From: Chthonomonadaceae bacterium
GTDB taxonomy: Bacteria > Armatimonadota > Chthonomonadetes > Chthonomonadales > Chthonomonadaceae
NCBI GenBank assembly: GCA_035650735.1
Contig: DASRGZ010000167.1
Coordinates: 1-55,684, forward strand
Direction: 5' to 3'
DNA: 55,684 nt
Below, piece by piece: positions 15,348-26,067 of the stretch (position 1 is the first letter of the stretch; every line of letters begins with the position of its first letter). The position numbers were made by a program, and so were the translations under genes. The notes below the pieces were generated by a model. The model was given only the letters and a program-made list of their open reading frames with translations, was not told where the DNA came from and ran no database searches.

Positions 15348-16618
15348 GACCTCCCTCGGAGGGATGCACGGGCAGGCCGCTTCAGCAAGACGAAGGCGGC
15401 AAACTCTCCTTTGACCGGCGCCGGCAGGGCCTTGCCGTCATAGACGCCCTCCGCTATCGGCTTGCCGTAGAAGTCGCGCGGGTCCATCAGACGATACGCC
15501 TCCCCTTTACGCAAAAAGGAGCCAGCCTTTACCGGCACGACGGGCGCTTTGTCCCAGTTATAGATGGCCAGATTGGCCCGGTCGGAGTCGTACTTGTTGG
15601 GCCGCAGGATGACTTTCGAGCCGCGCGGACGCGGCTCCGCCTTCGCCAGGATCAGGTTGCCTGCGTTGACGACCTTGCGGTAGTTGTTGATGGCGAGCTT
15701 GCCGTTGACGATGATATTGTTGCGCACCTCGCAATCCTCGTTGTAGGGCGCGTCGTAGCCCAGGCGCATCCTCGGAACATTGTACAGGTAGTTTCCAACC
15801 ACATGGATGTTGTGGCTGGGATTGCCGCCGCCCAGGAGGAACTCGTTGGCATTGTAGACGATGTTGCCCTCCACATAGTAGTTATCCACATAGGCTTGCC
15901 ACGATCCATAAGCATGCAGGCTGTAACCATAGCCGCCGGTCATGATGCAGTCGGAGATGATCTTGCGGCCCTCTCTATTCTGCGTGTAGATGGCGTGACC
16001 ATGACCGCGGTCGGTGCCCTGCCAGCCGTTATCATACAGGATGCAGCCATACGCCTCGCCATCCGTGGTCGCCCACCAGCCCATGCCCTGATTGTTGTCG
16101 TGAATAACCAGGTTGATGAACCGGCAGTCGTGGCCGCTCTGGCCCGTCACCCCGCCCCACGGGCGGTTCACCCCGCGATAACCCGCCGCGACGTTGCTCA
16201 ACTCCGCAGGAACCGGGTCCCTGGGCCGCGGCTCGGAGACCAGTATCTCCAGGTCGCGCACCCAGACGTAGGTGGTCGGCGGCAGCAGGGCCAGACCGCC
16301 GTCCAGGGTGACGCGCTGGCCCGGAACGCCGCGAATCTGGATGGGGGCCTCTTTCGTGCCGACCAGCTTGACCTCATAGCCCGATCCGTGGGTGCCAAAA
16401 GGGTATTTGTAGGTCCCCGCCTGCAACCAAATAGTGTCGCCGGGAGCGACCTTATGGGCGCCGTTGAGGGCCGAGATGATGTCCCAGGGTGAGCCTTTGG
16501 TTCCCTGCCCGGTGGGCGTCCCATCGGGAGCCACATACCATTGCGTGGCCCTGGCGGGCACGGCCATGAGGATACCCCCCGTCAAAAGCACGATTGTCTC
16601 CATCAGCAGTCGCTTCAT
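15344..16618 (-). CDS. Secreted right-handed beta-helix protein (pectin-lyase-like)
   Basis: Signal peptide, YVAPDG...GT...PW, PGDTIWLQAGTY, and repeated N/G-rich beta-helix turns. Confidence 0.7.
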   Translation of the reverse strand: MKRLLMETIVLLTGGILMAVPARATQWYVAPDGTPTGQGTKGSPWDIISALNGAHKVAPGDTIWLQAGTYKYPFGTHGSGYEVKLVGTKEAPIQIRGVPGQRVTLDGGLALLPPTTYVWVRDLEILVSEPRPRDPVPAELSNVAAGYRGVNRPWGGVTGQSGHDCRFINLVIHDNNQGMGWWATTDGEAYGCILYDNGWQGTDRGHGHAIYTQNREGRKIISDCIMTGGYGYSLHAYGSWQAYVDNYYVEGNIVYNANEFLLGGGNPSHNIHVVGNYLYNVPRMRLGYDAPYNEDCEVRNNIIVNGKLAINNYRKVVNAGNLILAKAEPRPRGSKVILRPNKYDSDRANLAIYNWDKAPVVPVKAGSFLRKGEAYRLMDPRDFYGKPIAEGVYDGKALPAPVKGEFAAFVLLKRPARASLRGRS

Positions 16619-16726
16619 GGCTTGTTCCTCTCCACCAGCCGTCCGCAATGTCTTCCAGGAAAACGCGCACGGACAAGAATTATGCGTTGTGCAGCGTCAG
16701 TGATTTCTCCCCGGCTAAAGCGCAGG

Positions 16727-16829
16727 GTCTTAGCGACATGAGGATGATAAGGCTATAAGCCAAACCTCCCCGTCGGCGGCGCAGGTTCTTCCGCATCGAG
16801 TCTTAGCGACATGAGGATGATAAGGCTAT
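16727..16829. repeat. Exact 30-bp direct repeat separated by a 43-nt unique spacer
   Basis: GTCTTAGCGACATGAGGATGATAAGGCTAT at 16727-16756 and 16800-16829. Confidence 0.9.
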
Positions 16830-17027
16830 CTTCAGTGATGCAGCCTTGGCTACGGCATCCCGGCGTAGAGGCTTTTTCGACACTTGCCCGGCGCGTCCCT
16901 GTCGAATAGATTATTGCCGTGTATAATCCTTGACTTCGCGAATCGTTCCGGACTGTTCGGAACGCGAACCCCAAGCCCTCCGTCCTATGGATGTGCTGTT
17001 ATCTTGCTCCATCAAAGGAGATCCTTC

Positions 17028-18305
17028 ATGGCAATTCGCTGCTTTCTCTCTGCTATATCGCGAGGCCGCTGCGCCGGGCATAGGAGCCTGGCGGTGCGGT
17101 GGCTGTTGATCGGGCTCTGCTGTCTGCTGCCGCTGGCCCTGCGGGCGCAGCAGGCTGCCCCGGACCTGAGCAAAGGCGCGCTCTGCGGCAAAGTGGTGGA
17201 TCTGACCACCGGCAAGCCTATTGCTGATGCTACCGTCGCGCTGCAAGATAAGAACGGGAAAGTCCTGGCCTGGACGAAGACGAACGCTCAGGGCGAATAT
17301 GCTCTGGCCGCAGATCCGCTGACCGCACTCCATCTACGTCCCTCGCATGGGCGGGGTTTGCTGGAGCAGATCGTGCGCGCCGTCGGCGATGTGGTCACGG
17401 CTCCGGTCAAGGCTGTCGCGGGGATAGTCTCCGAGCCGAGCAAGGTCGCCGAGTCGGCGGCGGTATCGGCGGCGACGGGAGACCCTCTGCCGACCGTGGC
17501 CCAGGTGCTCGCGCCAGCGTTAGGAACCCAGGATACCAGGCAGGCGCCGGCTAATACGGAAAAGAAGGCTAAAGAGGTGGCGGTAAGGACGGCCTTCGGC
17601 GAGCGTCTGGCCGGCACGAACGACAGACCCGACACGCTGGCGCCCGGAGAGGTGTTTCTGGCCGTCAGCGCCCCCAATTACAAGGACGTCAAGGGCAAGG
17701 CGGGCGCGTACTGGCTCGACCCACCCGATACCGTGGACAATAAAAAGGTGGGCCTACGCGCCTGGCTGGAGACGACCCAACTGGCGGCCTGTACGTGCGA
17801 CAAAAACTCGGCTATCTGTAAGGAGGCGTTGCTGCTAGCGGAGCCACGCCTGGAGCCTGCTCTGGCGGAGGCGGGAGACGTCGTGAAGCTCAGCGTTAAA
17901 GTGCATATGCCTGCCGGATTGACAAGGAACATCCGGGTGTTTGCGCGCGAGGAGAAGAAACGGACGGTCGCGGAACTGATGCGGGATGGGAAACAAGGCC
18001 CCGATGTCTATGCGGGCCGGATGCGCCTGGACCCCAAAACCCCCAGCGGCGACACGACGATCACGCTGGTGGCGCTGCGGGCCGAGCCGGTAGAAGTCAA
18101 GCTGGACAAAAACAAGCCGGACCCGCTGGTCGAGTTCGTGCGGCGGCTGGACGACCTCTCCCCAAACAAGCCCTATAATTACGATCCGCGTATCCTGGCC
18201 AGCGAGAACCGCCTGGACCTGAAGCTGACCATCCTGGACCCCAAGAAGGAGACGCCGCCCGCCTATCCGGCCACCGTGCCTCCCACCCCATCGAGCAAGA
18301 AGTAA
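17028..18305 (+). CDS. Secreted hypothetical protein with N-terminal carboxypeptidase-regulatory-like domain
   Basis: Signal peptide, then GKVVDLTTGKPIADATVALQD...TKTNAQGEY; AAGGAG RBS. Confidence 0.7.
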   Translation: MAIRCFLSAISRGRCAGHRSLAVRWLLIGLCCLLPLALRAQQAAPDLSKGALCGKVVDLTTGKPIADATVALQDKNGKVLAWTKTNAQGEYALAADPLTALHLRPSHGRGLLEQIVRAVGDVVTAPVKAVAGIVSEPSKVAESAAVSAATGDPLPTVAQVLAPALGTQDTRQAPANTEKKAKEVAVRTAFGERLAGTNDRPDTLAPGEVFLAVSAPNYKDVKGKAGAYWLDPPDTVDNKKVGLRAWLETTQLAACTCDKNSAICKEALLLAEPRLEPALAEAGDVVKLSVKVHMPAGLTRNIRVFAREEKKRTVAELMRDGKQGPDVYAGRMRLDPKTPSGDTTITLVALRAEPVEVKLDKNKPDPLVEFVRRLDDLSPNKPYNYDPRILASENRLDLKLTILDPKKETPPAYPATVPPTPSSKK

Positions 18306-18479
18306 CCACTTCATCATAAACGGGCCGGGGCAAGAGGCCGCAGCGGAAGCAACAGGCTTCTTGCCTCAACGGCGCTATTGTCCTGCGCAAGAATGAAGTT
18401 CCGATTCTGGATGATTTTCCCCGCTCGATGGTGAATCTCCCTACAAACACGGAATTCACGGGGAGGCACAGGGGGTTAA

Positions 18480-21431
18480 ATGGCGAAGTACAGCATAGGG
18501 TGGTTGTGCCTATGGATTCTGCTGGCAGGAATCGCCGGGCAGACAGGTGGGCAGTCTGTGGAGGGATTGCCGGACGCCCTGAAGCGCGAGGTTCACGATA
18601 TCCGGAGCCTGCCCGCAGGGCGCTATCTTCCGGCAGGGCAGTGGGAGGCCGAAGGGAAGGAGGCGGCACATCAGGTCGGGCGCGCGGTCGCCGATCCCGA
18701 AGCCAGCGGCGGCAAAGCCTGGGAAGTGCGGGTCGGAGTAGACAGCCCCGGCGGCCATCTGCTGTACGGCCCTTACCGGACGCTTTCCCCCGGCGTCTAT
18801 GTCGCCTTCGTCCGTATCCGGCTGCTGGAGGAGGCGGGCGAGGAGACGGTGGGAGAGCTGGACGCCGCGACCGCCTACGGACAGAACATCCTGCGCGTGC
18901 GGGAACTGCTGGGAACCCACCTGGCGACCAACCGGTACGTTGAGGTTCCGCTGGCGTTTGCCTATCCGGAGGGCAAATTCGAATGCCGCCTTGCCTGGAG
19001 CGGCTCTTCCGGGCTGCGCGTGGATTGCGTGACGCTGTTCCGGGTGGAGGGCGCGAAACTGGAGGTGGCCTCGGAGCGGGCGCGTCCGCCTGTGCCGAGC
19101 GGCCTGCCGAAGAACCTGGCCTATCGTCCCGAACCGCGCCCCTTTCCGGACATCTTTCCCCGTTCCGCCCGGCCTGCCGCGCGCCTGTGGGTGGCGGACC
19201 TGCGCCATCTGCCGCCCGACCGGCAGTTGATGCTGCTCTCGCTACAGGGACTGGTGAACCGGAAGCGCCCGGAGATATACTGCCTGTTCAACGACACCGA
19301 TGAGAAATGGCTGGCCTGGATGCGCAGGCGGCGGTGGATTCGCGACGCCACGCCCGTCTCCCAACCGGAATCGCTGGTGACGCGCTTTCGGGACAGGCTC
19401 CGGGGCCTGATCGTGACCGATCCGATGCTTCCGGCCTCGAAAAACGTCGCCACGATGCTCGCGGGCGTGAAGGATGCGCTGGTGGTCTCCCCTCGCCTGG
19501 CAAAGCGGCTCTCCCTGCCCGTCCTGGAGGACCTGCGGGGCCGCTGGCGGACGAGCGCAGAGGCCTATCGCTGGGCCTTCAACCATCTCTGGCCGCGCCT
19601 GAATCACCACGTCCTCGCCTGCTCGTATCCTGATCACCTGGGGCTGCGGGACTATCTGGTGCAGCACCGGGTCTTTATCTTCTGGCTCTCCGGCCCGATT
19701 GACGGCGCGCGGCCTTACGCCAACCCGGACGCGGAGGTGCGGCTGATGGAGCGGCTCTTCGCACGGATGCCGGCCAATATTCCGGTCATGAGCTATCCCT
19801 GGGCGGGCAAGGATGTCGGCATTGGCGAAGGGCCGGGCGTGACGCTCTTTGCCGAGTTCGCAAAGTACCTTGTCGGCTCCATCAACTGCTCGAACCTGAG
19901 CGTCCACTCCGGCATTCGCGCCCCCAGCTTCCGACAGCGCGTGCCGCCGCCTCCCAAACTACAGCCAAATAGGGTCTACGTCTCCTGGGTGATCTCGGAC
20001 GGCGATAACCTGCCCGTGCTGACGACCTCCAACTTCCCGCAGTTGTGGCAGGATCGCCAGCGCGGGCATCTCCCGCTCGGCTGGACGATCTCGCCCTCCG
20101 CTTCCATACTGATTCCCGACATCGTGGACTATTACTATCGCACGGCGACGCCAAGCGACTGCTTCCTCGGAGCCGTCTCCGGCATCGGCTACACCTATCC
20201 CGACTCGTATGCCCTGCGGTACCGTGCCTCCGACCGTACGCGCCTCTTTGACGGCTTCCTCGATCAGACTGCCGACTATATGCAGCGCCTGGATCTGCGC
20301 GCGCTCTGGCCGATGAACGTGACGCGCCCGGAACTGATTCGCCGCTACGCCGAACGCATTCCCACGCTGCAAGCCCTGTTTCCCGACTATGGCCGGCGGG
20401 TTGCCGGCTATGAAGATGCCGTCTATCCTACTGCGCGCAATATCCCGGTCTTCCATGCCGTGACCAACTGGGCGGAAGGCGTCTCGCGGGAGCAGCAGAT
20501 CGCCAGCCTGGTCGGTCAGATTCGGGCGATGACGCCTATGGAGCGGCCTGCCTTCCTGCACCTGTTCGCGCTCAACTGGTTTACCGACCTGCCCATGCTG
20601 GCCGAGATCACGCGCCGCCTGGGACCGGAGTACGTTCTTGTCCGGCCTGACCATCTGGCAGCGCTCTACCGACAGGAACTTGCCCGCCGTAAAATCCTCG
20701 TGCGTGTTCCCGCGACTATCGTGGGCATTGAGGGTCAGCCGGTCGCTTTTGAGGCGACGGTGCAGAATGTCTCGGCGCGCTCCCTGGAGGCGCGCGCCGG
20801 AATTGCCGTCGGCCTGGCGAACGCGCAAGTAAGGCCGGAGCGCGTGCGGCTGGCGCCGGGACAGGCGGTAAAGATTCAGGTTGCCGGGCTTCCGACGGGC
20901 GACCGTATCCGCATCGCGGTTGAGGGCGCGGGCAGGAAAAGCCGCAGCCTCCTGGCCCTGCGCCGGATTGCGGAAGGGGAGCTTGCCGGCCCTCTGCCGC
21001 ACGACGCCTCGCTCCGGTTTGTGCGTCGGTTCGCTGCGGTCGAGCTGGCGCATCGCAGCGGCAGAGAAGAGACGGATACAGGCGGGCAGCGGGTCTGGAC
21101 AGCGCAGAGAGGGGAGACAGAGTCCGGCTTCCTTGTCTACGGGCCGTATGCGCCGCTGCCCCCGGGCCGGTATCTGGCGCTCTTCCGCCTGAAGCGCATT
21201 GGAGAGGGCGGGGGAACAGTAGCAACCCTGGATACCTGCACGTCCGGAGGAACGCGGATCATCTCGGAACGGCGGCTCAGAGCCGAAGAACTGCCCCCGG
21301 AACAGTACCGGGCAGTGCCGCTGCTGTTCGACCATCCGGGCGGGGAGATCGAGACGCGCGTGCAGTGGACCGGGAACGCTTCGCTCGCAGTGGAAAGCAT
21401 TACGCTATGGAGGCTCCTTCCCTCCGGGTAG
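18480..21431 (+). CDS. GxGYxYP-family putative glycoside hydrolase with flanking CBM-like domains
   Basis: Motifs SLQGLVNR, SDGDN, PLGWTISP and SGIGYTYP; YGPY-containing modules at both termini. Confidence 0.85.
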   Translation: MAKYSIGWLCLWILLAGIAGQTGGQSVEGLPDALKREVHDIRSLPAGRYLPAGQWEAEGKEAAHQVGRAVADPEASGGKAWEVRVGVDSPGGHLLYGPYRTLSPGVYVAFVRIRLLEEAGEETVGELDAATAYGQNILRVRELLGTHLATNRYVEVPLAFAYPEGKFECRLAWSGSSGLRVDCVTLFRVEGAKLEVASERARPPVPSGLPKNLAYRPEPRPFPDIFPRSARPAARLWVADLRHLPPDRQLMLLSLQGLVNRKRPEIYCLFNDTDEKWLAWMRRRRWIRDATPVSQPESLVTRFRDRLRGLIVTDPMLPASKNVATMLAGVKDALVVSPRLAKRLSLPVLEDLRGRWRTSAEAYRWAFNHLWPRLNHHVLACSYPDHLGLRDYLVQHRVFIFWLSGPIDGARPYANPDAEVRLMERLFARMPANIPVMSYPWAGKDVGIGEGPGVTLFAEFAKYLVGSINCSNLSVHSGIRAPSFRQRVPPPPKLQPNRVYVSWVISDGDNLPVLTTSNFPQLWQDRQRGHLPLGWTISPSASILIPDIVDYYYRTATPSDCFLGAVSGIGYTYPDSYALRYRASDRTRLFDGFLDQTADYMQRLDLRALWPMNVTRPELIRRYAERIPTLQALFPDYGRRVAGYEDAVYPTARNIPVFHAVTNWAEGVSREQQIASLVGQIRAMTPMERPAFLHLFALNWFTDLPMLAEITRRLGPEYVLVRPDHLAALYRQELARRKILVRVPATIVGIEGQPVAFEATVQNVSARSLEARAGIAVGLANAQVRPERVRLAPGQAVKIQVAGLPTGDRIRIAVEGAGRKSRSLLALRRIAEGELAGPLPHDASLRFVRRFAAVELAHRSGREETDTGGQRVWTAQRGETESGFLVYGPYAPLPPGRYLALFRLKRIGEGGGTVATLDTCTSGGTRIISERRLRAEELPPEQYRAVPLLFDHPGGEIETRVQWTGNASLAVESITLWRLLPSG

Positions 21432-21611
21432 CGGGCGAATGAATTCGCAGCAACAAAGGCACGAAGTCGCCCTCCGGCGACTAAACACCCAACCTGCGAA
21501 GGCAGGTTTTGTGCCCTTGTTGCTGCGGCTAATGACCTTTGATTTTCTAATGGGCTAGTTTTTCTGTCTCAAAACTACCCGATTAGATGGTCAAAGGTCA
21601 TTAGCCGCCCG
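21432..21611. repeat. Nested palindromic REP/MITE-like element between convergent genes
   Basis: CGCAGCAACAAAGGCAC...GTGCCCTTGTTGCTGCG arms enclose AACCTGCGAAGGCAGGTT; also a perfect 18-bp IR at 21525-21542 / 21591-21608. Confidence 0.75.
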
Positions 21612-21638
21612 AAAGGAAAACGGAGGGGCGCTGGAAGC

Positions 21639-24074
21639 CTACCGGGTTTTGATGCGCAGGATGTTCACCGAATGGGCGGGGAAAGTCTGGGAGAAGGCCG
21701 GCGCCACCCCATGTATCACCAGGGTGTGCGGCACGATATGCTCCGGATCGGCAATCGTGTTGACTTCCGCCGGGTTGCCCTGCAACTGTTCCAGGGTGGC
21801 GGTCTCTTCCGGCCTGGCGGCACCCTCCAGCGTAAAGTTCACCGTGCGCGGGGCATCCGTTACGTTGACCACCTTCACAATCAGCGTGCCGTCCGCCATG
21901 CGGCTGGCCTCGGTATAGAGCGGATCGACCTGCAGTGGGGTATCTACCGCCTGGCTGACCAGCTTGTTGTCCAGGTAGCAGGCAATGCGGCGTCCCTGCA
22001 CTTCGATCCGAATATCGTACCAGCGGCCCGTCTCAATGCGCATGGGGGTATTGTTGCCGAACTCCTCCTCAAGGCCGTTCTTCGCGCGCTGCAAGCGCGT
22101 GCGGGTATTGCCCCACCCCCCGATGTTCCACCAGACCCAGGTATCGGGCGATTGAACATGGAACAGGATCAGAAACCCTTCTCTGCCGCCGAGTTTACGG
22201 GCTTTGAGGGTGTAGGTATAGTCGGTCCAACCCGGATCGCCCGCCAGGGCGCGGCAGTTGATCCCGGTTCCCGTCTGCTCCAGCATGCCCTCCCGTACCG
22301 CCCACTCGCCATTTCCCAGCTTCCAATCGCCGGCTCCCTGAGAGAAATCGGTCTGGTACAGGGTCTTGCCATCGTGGGTGACCTGGACGTCCTTAAAATC
22401 GGCCTGTGTCTGCCAGGTTCCCACGCCCACGGCCCCGGAAGGCAGGGGCGGCGGATTCTGGTCGGGAGTCAGGGTGAGGCTTGATTCCAGTACCTCCACT
22501 CCCCGGTTCTCCGCGTACATTTTCTGCACATAGTAAGAGGGGGAGCCGAAACTGGTCAGGGCGTTCAAGCCGATCAGGTTGGTTCCCCACAGGTAGGCTC
22601 CTTTATTAACATTGACTAGCAGCGGCGCGTAGGAGGAGAGTACCACCAGGTCGGAGTTACGCTCCAGCCCTATCAGCCAGGCGGCGTCTCCCAGCGCGGC
22701 GTTCATGTTTGGGGTGGGGTTGCCCTCGGTAGAAGCCCACTCGCCGACAAAAATCTTGGGGCCGGTGCGAGAGTAGTGGTCATAATGTCCGGCGTCGCGC
22801 TCCATCTGCGCCGCGGAGCGGTAGTAGTGGTCATCCACCAGGTCCGGGGTTACGGTGCGTACCGGCATGGTAGCAATGATTTGCAGTTGCGGATACCTGG
22901 CTCTAATGGCCTGCTGGAATTGAGCGAAGCGGCCCTCGTAACTGCCGGAGCGGTCAAAGAAGTCCTCGTTCCCTATCTCCACATAATGAAGAGGAAACGG
23001 GGCAGGATGGCCGTTCCGGGCGCGCTCCGCCCCCCATTTTGTGTCTGTGCCGCCCGTGACATATTCGATCTCGTTGAGGGCCGACTGCACATACGGCTCC
23101 AGCGCCGGCCCTGGTTCGATATAGTCTCCCCGCAGCGAGTAGCCCGCGTATACCCCCAGGATAGGCTCGATCTTGAGGTCTTCGCACCATTCGAGATACT
23201 CCAGCAAGCCCAACCCATCGCTGGAGCGGTAGCCCCAGGGGCCTTGATGGCCGGGGCGCTCCGTCAGCGGGCCGAGGGTCTTCTCCCAGATAAACCGCTC
23301 CGGAATGGTATCTCCCTCCAGATAGTTGCCGCCGGGCAGGCGCAGGAAGGCGGGATGCATGCCGGCCATCAGGTTCATCAGGTCCGGGCGGTTGCCATTC
23401 GGGCGGTTGTGGAAGGTCGGCGGAAACAGAGAAACCAGGTTCAGGTTCACGGTTGCCGGCTGGTCCGTCTTGATGGCAAAGCGCGCGGCATCCGTCGGGG
23501 TTACCTTCCCGGTCTCAAGCGCCGCCCTAAACTGTTTCCACCGTGAGGTCAGGCCGGTCACCCGGGCGGAGGCATAGGTGACACTGCCGTCCGCGCTCTC
23601 GATGCTCAGGAGCAGCGGGCCGCGAAAACCCGCATTAGCGCGGGCATAGAAAGAGGCCCGATACCGGGTGTGCGGCTTCACCGGAATACCCCAGTAGCCC
23701 TCATTAGCTACTCCAGCAGGAGAGGAGACTGTGGCCGCCATCACCTGCACTTGCAGCGAAACCGGCAGCGCCGTGCTGAGCGGACTCTCCCGGTCTAGCG
23801 AGAGGCGAACTTCTCCGCCGCCAACAGGCATCCAGTGTACCGGTGTGGTAGCGTTATCCTGGAACGTTCGGTTCTGAATAAGCTCCGCATACAGGCCACC
23901 ATCATAGGAGTGGTTGATCTCTTCGGTCATCATGCCATAGAGGGTCGGGCTAATGCGGATGGTGGGCCGGTCTGTGTGGATGACCATTGCGTCGTCGGCG
24001 CGGCAGGTGGCGGCGGCGCTGAGTGCGGCCAGAAGGGAGAGGCACAGAGTCGTTAGTATCCTTCGGTAAGACAT
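21639..24074 (-). CDS. Alpha-L-arabinofuranosidase, GH51, with an inserted lectin-like (LamG/DUF1080-like) domain
   Basis: Motifs EEINHSYDGGLYAELIQNR, LRLPGGNYLEG, VEIGNED, FVGEWA and GLERNSD; signal peptide. Confidence 0.9.
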   Translation of the reverse strand: MSYRRILTTLCLSLLAALSAAATCRADDAMVIHTDRPTIRISPTLYGMMTEEINHSYDGGLYAELIQNRTFQDNATTPVHWMPVGGGEVRLSLDRESPLSTALPVSLQVQVMAATVSSPAGVANEGYWGIPVKPHTRYRASFYARANAGFRGPLLLSIESADGSVTYASARVTGLTSRWKQFRAALETGKVTPTDAARFAIKTDQPATVNLNLVSLFPPTFHNRPNGNRPDLMNLMAGMHPAFLRLPGGNYLEGDTIPERFIWEKTLGPLTERPGHQGPWGYRSSDGLGLLEYLEWCEDLKIEPILGVYAGYSLRGDYIEPGPALEPYVQSALNEIEYVTGGTDTKWGAERARNGHPAPFPLHYVEIGNEDFFDRSGSYEGRFAQFQQAIRARYPQLQIIATMPVRTVTPDLVDDHYYRSAAQMERDAGHYDHYSRTGPKIFVGEWASTEGNPTPNMNAALGDAAWLIGLERNSDLVVLSSYAPLLVNVNKGAYLWGTNLIGLNALTSFGSPSYYVQKMYAENRGVEVLESSLTLTPDQNPPPLPSGAVGVGTWQTQADFKDVQVTHDGKTLYQTDFSQGAGDWKLGNGEWAVREGMLEQTGTGINCRALAGDPGWTDYTYTLKARKLGGREGFLILFHVQSPDTWVWWNIGGWGNTRTRLQRAKNGLEEEFGNNTPMRIETGRWYDIRIEVQGRRIACYLDNKLVSQAVDTPLQVDPLYTEASRMADGTLIVKVVNVTDAPRTVNFTLEGAARPEETATLEQLQGNPAEVNTIADPEHIVPHTLVIHGVAPAFSQTFPAHSVNILRIKTR

Positions 24075-24125
24075 CCTTTATTCCCTCGAATACAGGTAAT
24101 TTTTTATTGCCCGGCTCTTCTATCT

Positions 24126-24911
24126 CTATCTCGCTGCTACCAGATGGCGGCACAACCTCTGGGCACGCGGGGAAAGCTGCTCGTAGAGCGCACGCGGCAG
24201 CACCTCCGCCTCTCTGGCCCGATACCAGGGGGCATAATAGCCTACGCTGGTCATGGGACGGGCCTGATCCGAACGGTTGGCGGTGCCCCCATGCCAGCAG
24301 CGGACATCGCGGACGACGGCGGTTCCTGCCGGAGCGCACAGCAGGCTCTGCTGCATCCAGGCAGGCTCCGTATCCAGATCCGGGATGGACGCCCGCGAGC
24401 GCTGGGTGCCCGGCACAAACCGGATGGCTCCATTCTCCGGGGTGAAGTCCACCATCAGGAAATTGACCACGATAAAGGGGGCGGGCAGATCGCGTGTGGT
24501 CACCACGCCCAGCGGATCGTGGAGGATCTCTCCGAGATCGGAGTGCAGCGGCTGTATCTTCGCTCCGGGCAGAGAGTAGTCCCCACCCGCGCCCATGCAG
24601 GTGAACTCCTGGCTCTGCCAGATAGCTTCCAGGACCGGCAGGATGGTGGGTAGATCTACAAGCATGGCCCATTCCGGGTGGTGGATCTGATCCCCGAAGG
24701 AGTGGCGCGCATAGCCCCGGTTCATGTTCTCCAGGCCCACGGCGGCAAGCTGCTCGGCGATGACCCGGCGCGCTCCCTCCTGGGCCAGGGCTAACTGTTC
24801 GGGGGTCAGGGCGTCGCGGATACAGGCAAAGCCGTCGCGATGAAAGACGGAGGCGGCAGCCGCAGCCTCGGTGGGAGCAAACAACGTTACCTGGAGTCCT
24901 CTTGCAGACAT
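24126..24911 (-). CDS. Phytanoyl-CoA dioxygenase (PhyH) family Fe(II)/2OG enzyme
   Basis: Motifs FHRDGF, QPLHSD (HxD), DFTPENGA..VPGT and WHGGTANRS. Confidence 0.88.
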   Translation of the reverse strand: MSARGLQVTLFAPTEAAAAASVFHRDGFACIRDALTPEQLALAQEGARRVIAEQLAAVGLENMNRGYARHSFGDQIHHPEWAMLVDLPTILPVLEAIWQSQEFTCMGAGGDYSLPGAKIQPLHSDLGEILHDPLGVVTTRDLPAPFIVVNFLMVDFTPENGAIRFVPGTQRSRASIPDLDTEPAWMQQSLLCAPAGTAVVRDVRCWHGGTANRSDQARPMTSVGYYAPWYRAREAEVLPRALYEQLSPRAQRLCRHLVAAR

Positions 24912-25380
24912 AAGGGTCTCTCCTCCTTAGCACTCTTCAGCAGACACTCGGGTCAACGTGTCTGTCGTGTCGAGAGCTACCTTCTGTGTTTATCTGAGCC
25001 ATGGGGCAGGGCAGGCTTCCTGGCATTGGGGTTCTGCTAACGAAGATAGTGGTTGTGTACGGGAGGAGCAATCTCCTTCCTGACTGCACGCTGCCCAGGG
25101 TCTTTCCGTTCTCGGCGCTTTTGCGTTTTTGGCGTCCGCTAGGACGCTTGGCCGTAGGCCACACAGACGGGTAATTTATTGCCCGGCGTCTTTTCAGCAG
25201 GAAACTCTACACCGCCGGTGAGCCAAAGAGACATATTCAGAAGGCCAGAGTGCGCTTGCCTGTCTCTTGGGGAAACGCATTTCTTACTATCCGGCAGCTT
25301 GCGCGCTGGCGCGTCTGGAACGCATTTCTTGCCCGTCTGGACTATGCGTACAGCCCTGATCCCTTGTTGCGAGCCGACAG

Positions 25381-25839
25381 ATGAAATGGATCTACCTCGC
25401 TACCCTCGGCACGTTCCTGATGCTCTCCCCAGGACTGGCCCCTGCCCAGAAAGCGCATCGCACGCCACACGCAGTGACGCGGGCGGCTGCCCATCGGGAT
25501 CGCGCGTATACACCCAGGCCCGGCAGCCGGGAAGAAAGGGCCATCCTGGCTGCGCTGCGCCAGGCCAGGCCCAACCTGCGCCGGCCCGTGCCAGCGGCCC
25601 TGATGGTGGACGCGCTCAAAGTTCATCACGGCTGGGCCTATCTCTCCGTCACGCCGACCGCTCCCGGCAATAACCCGGACGCGCCCCACTATGCGCGCGA
25701 GGCGGCCTTGCTGCACCAGGTCAAAGGACGCTGGAAGCTCGTCTAGGCCTTCGATCCGGTGGAGGATCCGGCACAGTCCATCCAAAAGGCACAGTCAAGA
25801 TACCCTGCGGCTCCCCGGGACATCTTCCCGCACCCGTAA
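25381..25839 (+). pseudogene. Small secreted protein interrupted by an in-frame TAG at 25744-25746
   Basis: Signal peptide MKWIYLATLG...AQ. Reading through TAG gives AFDPVEDPAQSIQKAQSRYPAAPRDIFPHP then TAA at 25839. If not read through, the CDS is 25381-25746. Confidence 0.5.
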
Positions 25840-26067
25840 TGAATGAGACCTGCCTTCCCAGAGGCCCTCCTGAAGATAGAGATAACCGAACCCAAGCCTC
25901 CGAATACCAGGGGAACTTTTTTCTGCCTGCCACGTCTCTTCGACAACGATGCGAGCGGGCGAGAAAACCTTCCCTGTTCGCGGCTACGGACAACCTCCTG
26001 ACGGCGTGCCCGCCCTCTTCGCGTAGGAGATCCCGCCGCCAGGACATGGCAAACACGGAGGTGAACG

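Noticed and set aside
16727..16829. Bona fide CRISPR array
   Set aside because: Only two repeats, weak palindromy and no cas genes in the window; kept as a repeat and a finding rather than a CRISPR call.
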